Shown: piece by piece, positions 7,945 to 12,856 of the stretch
Layout of the letters: each line of letters begins with the position of its first letter
Position numbering within the stretch: position 1 is the stretch's first letter
Source of the DNA: Calditrichia bacterium
GTDB taxonomy: Bacteria; Calditrichota; Calditrichia; RBG-13-44-9
Length of the DNA stretch: 12,856 nt
Assembly (NCBI GenBank): GCA_037381445.1
Contig: JARRQT010000092.1
Span: 1 to 12,856 of the forward strand
Direction of reading: 5' to 3'
Notes under the pieces: generated by a model
Told to the model about the DNA's origin: nothing
What the model saw: the letters and a program-made list of their open reading frames with translations, nothing else
Databases searched by the model: none
Made by a program: the position numbers and the translations under genes

Positions 7945-8290
7945 AAGAGCTACTCGTTTTTATGAGACTGCATTGATGCGTCAAATCCAGGTTCGATCAG
8001 GGAGTGTAAGTACTAAGCCCATGCCTGATAGGAAACGGTCTGAACTATGATTCCTTCCTTCGCTTAATAAATGAAGCAATGATAATTTAAATCACAGAAC
8101 TGAAACAAGCAAGGTTTGATAATGATGGAATGATAATTGTCATAGTGTTTAGAGGAATAAACGATCAAAGTGAATTGCGGTCAGATTGCTGCATTAAAGC
8201 GGGAAAGCACACTGGACTGCGTTATCATCAATACGGGATACATGGTCGGACATGAGTTGAGAGAAAAGGTGCCTACTGCTATCCGTCTAA

Positions 8291-8326
8291 ATTGAAACCG
8301 CTGTATCAAAAACAGCTGGTTTCAAT
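8291..8326. repeat. Inverted repeat (14-bp stem with one bulge) at the 3' end of the kinase gene; possible terminator
   Basis: ATTGAAACC-GCTGT atcaaaa ACAGCTGGTTTCAAT. Confidence 0.5.
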
Positions 8327-9779
8327 CCAAAATAAAATTTGGTACCACTATTTCCCGGCTTTCCACCGCTAATTTACTGTTATGGAGCTCTAATATTTTT
8401 TTAGATATTGCCAATCCCAGACCCGTTCCGCCCCTCTGCCGGTTGCGGCTCCTCTCAGCCCGATAAAAACGGTCAAAAATATAGGGCAGATCTTCTCTGG
8501 CAATACCAGGTCCGCTGTCAGAAACCATAATTTTAATATAATTTTGTTCATCAGCGGAGACTGCCACTTTAACCTTTCCGCCAGAGGGAGTGTAACGGAT
8601 GGCGTTTTCAATCAGATTGGAAAGGGCCCGTTCAATCAAACCAATATCAGCTTCGACAAACGGCTGGTATTCGGGCAAAATTGCCTCCAGTATTATTTTG
8701 CTTTTTTCCGCCTGCGGCTGATATTTGAGTGCAACATCCTGTACTAATTCCGATACGGAAAAGATTTCCGTCTTCACCGGTACCTGGCAGGCATCCAGTT
8801 TTGATAATTCAAAAAGTTCTTCCACCAGTTTACTCAGCAGCATGGTATTGTTGAGGATTATCTCCAGATATTGCTTTCGTTCCCCGTCAGTTAATCCGGT
8901 ATCTTTGATTAATATGGTTTCCAGATAGCCCTGAATTGACGCCAGGGGGCTGCGGAGATCATGCGAAATGTTAGCCACCAGTTCGCGGCGCAGATTATCA
9001 GTGCGTTTTAATTCTTCCATATTGGCAACAATGGTGTCCGCCATTTTGTTAAAAATACCGGCAAGCTGACCAATTTCGTCTTTTTTCTTTTCCGGAATTC
9101 GCAGGCTTAAATCTCCCTGTTTAAATTTTTTGACAACTTCTGTTGCAGAACGAAGGCGGCGGGTGATAAGCGAGAACAATATCAGACCAATCAAACCGGT
9201 GATGGCAAAAATCAGTAGCAAAGAACTTATGCTTGTGCGGAAGATATAACTTTCCTTTATCATGTTCACAGCCGAGTCATACTGCTCCCCGCCCAAAATA
9301 ACATAAACAAAACCGTCCGTATTGGGACCGATTCTTATTCCCGCAGCGGAGAAAGGTTTTTGCTGATCTGGCTGCCGGGGATCTTCCCCCAAGACCAGCG
9401 ATTTTGGCGGATTCGCCAAAAATCGATGTATCGGTTCAACATCCACATATTCTTTCTTTACTTTTTTAGGCGGATCAGCAAAAAAAGCCAAAATTTTTCC
9501 ACCATCATCAAGCAGATATATTTCTATTTTCGGATTCAGCACCATCATGTAATGAATCGCCTGCCCGATTTCAGAAACTGATAAACTGTCCCTCAGGAAC
9601 GGGGTCAGCTCTGCCGCCATATTTTCAGCAAGGGATATATTCAGCCTCTGTTCGGCCTCTTCCATAAATTTCATTGAAGAATTGATGGTGATAAAAATTT
9701 GAGCCGCTCCCAGTATCAGCAAAAGAATTAAGAATGTGAGGGATAACTTGCCATAAAAGGACCGGCTTATATTTTTCAT
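8322..9779 (-). CDS. Membrane sensor histidine kinase (2 TM, HAMP, HisKA, HATPase_c); apparent -1 frameshift near the C-terminus (corrected stop would be 8287)
   Basis: H-box ANISHDLRSPLASIQGY, N-box NLIENAIRY, G1 DSGPGI, F-box IFDRFYR, G2 GGTGLGLAI; HAMP KDEIGQLAGIFNKMA; its start overlaps the regulator stop (ATGA, 9776-9779). Confidence 0.95.
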   Translation of the reverse strand: MKNISRSFYGKLSLTFLILLLILGAAQIFITINSSMKFMEEAEQRLNISLAENMAAELTPFLRDSLSVSEIGQAIHYMMVLNPKIEIYLLDDGGKILAFFADPPKKVKKEYVDVEPIHRFLANPPKSLVLGEDPRQPDQQKPFSAAGIRIGPNTDGFVYVILGGEQYDSAVNMIKESYIFRTSISSLLLIFAITGLIGLILFSLITRRLRSATEVVKKFKQGDLSLRIPEKKKDEIGQLAGIFNKMADTIVANMEELKRTDNLRRELVANISHDLRSPLASIQGYLETILIKDTGLTDGERKQYLEIILNNTMLLSKLVEELFELSKLDACQVPVKTEIFSVSELVQDVALKYQPQAEKSKIILEAILPEYQPFVEADIGLIERALSNLIENAIRYTPSGGKVKVAVSADEQNYIKIMVSDSGPGIAREDLPYIFDRFYRAERSRNRQRGGTGLGLAISKKILELHNSKLAVESREIVVPNFILD

Positions 9780-10498
9780 ATGTCCGATTCCTCCCTGTCG
9801 CTGAATCGATAACCGATACCCCAGACAGTTTTAATATACATGGGATTGGCAGGATCTTGTTCAATTTTTGCCCGCAGACGATTGATGTGGGAATTTACGG
9901 TATGGTCATACCCGTCAAACTGGTATCCCCAGACCAGATCCAATAATTCCTGACGGCTGTATGCGCGCCCCGGATGTCTAATAAACTGAGCCAGCAAATC
10001 AAATTCCTTTGCAGTCAATTCTATGCTTTTTTGATCCAGCATTACTTTGCGTTTCTCGAAATCAACAATCAAATGGCCATATTGCCGGACTTGCCAATTC
10101 TTTGGCTCGCCTTTATCCTTATTGACGTCCATCCTGCGAAAAATTGCCTTTATCCGGGCAAGCAGTTCTCGAATACTAAAGGGTTTGGTGAGATAATCAT
10201 CGGCTCCCAGTTCCAAACCCAGCACCCGGTCTAATTCTTCGGAGCGGGCGGTCAGCATCAGAATAGGCAGATAATTATCGATAGAGCGGATTTGCTTACA
10301 GACTTCAAACCCATCCATCCTGGGCAGCATCAAATCAAGGATAATTAGATCATACCTATTCTGTCGTATTCGCTCAATGCCTGCAAATCCATCAGCGGCT
10401 TCATCAAGTACGTAGCCCAGATCTTTTAGATGGATTTTCACCACATTAACGATATCGGGATCATCTTCGATAATGAGTATGCTTTTTTCTTTTTCCAT
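9776..10498 (-). CDS. OmpR/PhoB-family DNA-binding response regulator
   Basis: Receiver motifs IIEDD, ILDLMLP, MLTAR and GADDYLTKPF; winged-helix LTAKEFDLL...TVNSHINRLRAKIE...IKTVWGIGYRF. Confidence 0.97.
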   Translation of the reverse strand: MEKEKSILIIEDDPDIVNVVKIHLKDLGYVLDEAADGFAGIERIRQNRYDLIILDLMLPRMDGFEVCKQIRSIDNYLPILMLTARSEELDRVLGLELGADDYLTKPFSIRELLARIKAIFRRMDVNKDKGEPKNWQVRQYGHLIVDFEKRKVMLDQKSIELTAKEFDLLAQFIRHPGRAYSRQELLDLVWGYQFDGYDHTVNSHINRLRAKIEQDPANPMYIKTVWGIGYRFSDREESDI

Positions 10499-10580
10499 CG
10501 TATCTTTTAAATATCCCGTTTTTGAATATTTCTATAATGCAAAAATCTATCTGTTCTCCAAAAAACTTTTGCAATTTATA

Positions 10581-10613
10581 ACAAAAAGAAGCCGGAAAGC
10601 AATTAATTCCGGC
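10581..10613 (-). terminator. Rho-independent terminator after the spondin gene
   Basis: Minus strand GCCGGAA-ttaattgct-TTCCGGC followed by TTCTTTTTGT, about 25 nt after the stop at 10639. Confidence 0.72.
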
Positions 10614-10638
10614 CCCAATTATTTTTTGAATTTAAGAA

Positions 10639-11427
10639 TTAATCAACTCGGATAATGGTCACTTTAGCAACTTTCCGGTTCCAGTCATAAATAGCAGGAT
10701 CGAGATCTCCAATCCCCAAAATACCTCTATGGAACCTGATTCTTTCATGGGTCGGAACCCGTACCAGCGGACTTCCGCAGCATGGACCCGGAATATCACT
10801 TTTCAGTTCAGTATTCTTCTCTGTTCCGGCATCAAATGCGGGCAGATAAAAGCTCCTATTTTTGCCGTTCTTTGGAAGAATGAGCGGAAGCCTGCTGACA
10901 CCTGTAAATCCATCATTGGTGTTCACCAGCATGGCCACAAATGATAACCACCGATATCTTTTTTTGGTTTTAATCATATACTCCGCCGATGTCCCGGGCA
11001 GAATAGCGCTGCCTCCTTCAACTATTTCAAACACATGGGAAGACTGTTTCAGAATCTGCACCATGGGTCCGTTCACTGCATCTTCGGCAATTTGCCGCAG
11101 CTCATCCGAGGCATAATGCCCCGGCTTAAAAATGCCCAGACTCAGATCGTGGGTGGCAATAACCGGGGGAGACAGCGGTTGGCTGGCGCCGGTCGCGGTG
11201 GCAGGGGTTACATTCTCTATTATAATTTTAAAAGTGGCTTCCTCACCCAGCCAATTTAAAGCATCTGTATCTGTATCAGTTTCGGCTTCAGCAGACAACA
11301 TTCCTTCCTGCGGTCCCATATCCCCGGATTTAAACTGCGTGCTCATGGGTGAATCAGTTTTTTCACTGCATCCCCAGAACAGAAAAAATAAAACAGAAAA
11401 TATTGAGAAACCTATAATACGTCTCAT
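10639..11427 (-). CDS. Spondin_N domain-containing lipoprotein
   Basis: Lipobox-like FFLFWG|C after a basic/hydrophobic leader; Spondin_N motifs IENVT, QPLSPPVIATH, IAEDA, SFVAMLVNTNDGFTG and FDAGTEKN; strong RBS AAGGAGG upstream. Confidence 0.88.
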   Translation of the reverse strand: MRRIIGFSIFSVLFFLFWGCSEKTDSPMSTQFKSGDMGPQEGMLSAEAETDTDTDALNWLGEEATFKIIIENVTPATATGASQPLSPPVIATHDLSLGIFKPGHYASDELRQIAEDAVNGPMVQILKQSSHVFEIVEGGSAILPGTSAEYMIKTKKRYRWLSFVAMLVNTNDGFTGVSRLPLILPKNGKNRSFYLPAFDAGTEKNTELKSDIPGPCCGSPLVRVPTHERIRFHRGILGIGDLDPAIYDWNRKVAKVTIIRVD

Positions 11428-11468
11428 AACAGATCCTCCTTTAAATTGTGTAAATTAACTTTTGAGTA

Positions 11469-11525
11469 AAAATAGGAGTTAATTCTCACAAAAGTATCAC
11501 GGAAGAATCAAAAAAGAATTACAAA
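11469..11525 (-). promoter_or_regulatory. Four 11-bp-period direct repeats (OmpR/PhoB-type operator candidate) plus putative -10 for the spondin gene
   Basis: Plus strand TCACAAAAGTA (11486) / TCACGGAAGAA (11497) / TCAAAAAAGAA (11508) / TTACAAA (11519); minus-strand TATTTT at 11474-11469 lies 11 nt downstream of the last box. Confidence 0.65.
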
Positions 11526-11548
11526 TCGGCTATCGGAATGAGCACTAT

Positions 11549-12217
11549 TTATTCGATTTCTCTTTTATAGCTGATGGAAAGGCCATTCCCCCGATTATCA
11601 ATGGTTGTTTCCATATCCGGGAGGCTTTTTACATAGTTGTAAAACTCGACTGTCCCGCTGCTGTACCAGTTAGTACCGGAGACATTGTGAGCGGCATAGC
11701 ATCCCCCGGTTTGCAGCTTGGGATAAACATCGGTAAAATAGTTTTTATACCAACCCTTGTCGGCGTCGCAGAAAACAAAATCAAAGGGGCCTTTCAGTTC
11801 CTTTACCAGCTCGTGGGCATCGGCAAGTCTGGCGTCTATATAGTCGGTGAGTCCGGCCTCTTTAAAATTGGCCAGCGCTTCCTGGAATCGTTTTTCATTG
11901 ATCTCGATGGTAATCAATTTGCCGCCGGTCTTGCTAAGTGCCCACGCTATCCAGATTCCCGACCGGCCGGTGGAAGTGCCGATTTCCAATGCCTGCCGGT
12001 AGTTGTTTTTGACAATTAGATTATACAAAGTCTTCCCGTCAACTTCGGGAATGTTCATATCACGCCAGCTATCCCGGTGTTTCTCCAGGAAAGCCTTTAC
12101 TTTCTTATCCAAATCCTGCGTCCCGGTGTCTTCGTCCTGAGATACCTGAGAGAAAGCCACTCCCCCCAGGCTCAATATAAGAATGGCCAATATAAACGGC
12201 AGTTTTACAAATTTCAT
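11549..12217 (-). CDS. Class I SAM-dependent O-methyltransferase (CCoAOMT/COMT-like) with N-terminal signal peptide
   Basis: Motifs ALEIGTSTGRSG, LITIEIN, GPFDFVFCDADK and GGCYAAHN. Start re-assigned to ATG 12217 because the track's GTG at 12226 lies inside the RBS GGAGGTG. Leader MKFVKLPFILAILILSLGGVAFS|Q. Confidence 0.9.
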   Translation of the reverse strand: MKFVKLPFILAILILSLGGVAFSQVSQDEDTGTQDLDKKVKAFLEKHRDSWRDMNIPEVDGKTLYNLIVKNNYRQALEIGTSTGRSGIWIAWALSKTGGKLITIEINEKRFQEALANFKEAGLTDYIDARLADAHELVKELKGPFDFVFCDADKGWYKNYFTDVYPKLQTGGCYAAHNVSGTNWYSSGTVEFYNYVKSLPDMETTIDNRGNGLSISYKREIE

Positions 12218-12349
12218 GGTAGTCACCTCCTATTGCCACTCCAATTCATCATCAATAGATAATGCGAGCGATATAAAATGACGCCCACCTTCGCAGCTTT
12301 TATGCATTCTATTCCCTTATCCGGTGTTACACAATAGAGAAGCGATCTG

Positions 12350-12856
12350 CTATTGTAATTTTCTAATCCTGATCTCGATATTCTTCTGATTTTTCATCAG
12401 ATCCAGCAATTTGCTGACATCAGTATTCCCGTAGTGGTAGGGATACAATATTTTGGGATGGATCATTTTGGCAGCATCGGCGACCATTTCAGGTGTCATG
12501 GTATAGGGAAGATTCATTGGCAGGAAGGCAACATCGATATTCCGGAGATTCTTCATCTCCGGGATGTTTTCAGTGTCGCCGGCAATATAGACCCTTTTAT
12601 CACCAAAAGCTAGCACATATCCATTGCCTGCGCCTTTGGGATGAAAAGGCTGCCCGTTATCCCTTTTATGCACCAGGTTATAGGCAGGCACGGCCTCGAT
12701 CTTTCTGCCTTTGGCTGTTTTGACATCCCCATTGTTCATAACCGTTCCGAAACCCAGTTGGTCAGCACAGGCCCGGGTACAGATAATGACCGTATCGTCC
12801 TTTTTTATATGCCCAATCGCCTCGGGATCAAGATGATCACCATGCTCATGGGTCAC
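12350..12856 (-). CDS. MBL-fold metallo-hydrolase (UlaG/Lactamase_B_3-like), 5'-partial
   Basis: THEHGDH metal motif, AVPAYN..H, HPKGAGNGY, YIAGDTE, AFLPMNLPYTM and YPYHYG. Confidence 0.92.
   Translation of the reverse strand: MTHEHGDHLDPEAIGHIKKDDTVIICTRACADQLGFGTVMNNGDVKTAKGRKIEAVPAYNLVHKRDNGQPFHPKGAGNGYVLAFGDKRVYIAGDTENIPEMKNLRNIDVAFLPMNLPYTMTPEMVADAAKMIHPKILYPYHYGNTDVSKLLDLMKNQKNIEIRIRKLQ

Noticed and set aside
8291..8326. ATTGAAAC/GTTTCAAT resembling CRISPR repeat termini
   Set aside because: Single occurrence, arranged as an inverted repeat in the opposite order to a CRISPR repeat; no spacers or cas genes.
12218..12226. GTG start at 12226 for the methyltransferase
   Set aside because: The GTG is part of the RBS GGAGGTG; ATG 12217 has proper spacing and gives a clean signal peptide.
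12230..12307. 25-aa minus-strand ORF (MHKSCEGGRHF...EWQ*) whose stop overlaps the methyltransferase RBS
   Set aside because: Short, weak RBS and no recognisable motif; indistinguishable from chance without Ribo-seq.

Overview
Bacterial chromosomal window in which every supported gene lies on the minus strand. A T9SS/Por-type C-terminal domain together with canonical GGAG(G) Shine-Dalgarno sites suggests a non-Bacteroidota FCB-related lineage such as Calditrichota or KSB1 (inference). Gene order in transcription direction (right to left): MBL-fold hydrolase (5'-partial), signal-peptide-bearing SAM O-methyltransferase, Spondin_N lipoprotein, OmpR-family response regulator, HAMP histidine kinase, 7-repeat beta-propeller protein with T9SS-type CTD, leuS, phytol-kinase/DUF92 fusion membrane protein, 66-aa zinc-ribbon microprotein, and a tricorn-like S41 protease (3'-partial, absent from the ORF track). 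Four elements are not in the ORF track: (i) a decayed tRNA-Pro(CGG) between an intact sigma70-like promoter and leuS; (ii) a truncated thioredoxin-like [2Fe-2S] ferredoxin remnant; (iii) a single-base frameshift that removes the last HATPase strand of the histidine kinase; (iv) four 11-bp-period direct repeats just upstream of a putative -10 of the spondin gene, consistent with a spondin/two-component regulatory module. No CRISPR array, integrase or transposase was seen.
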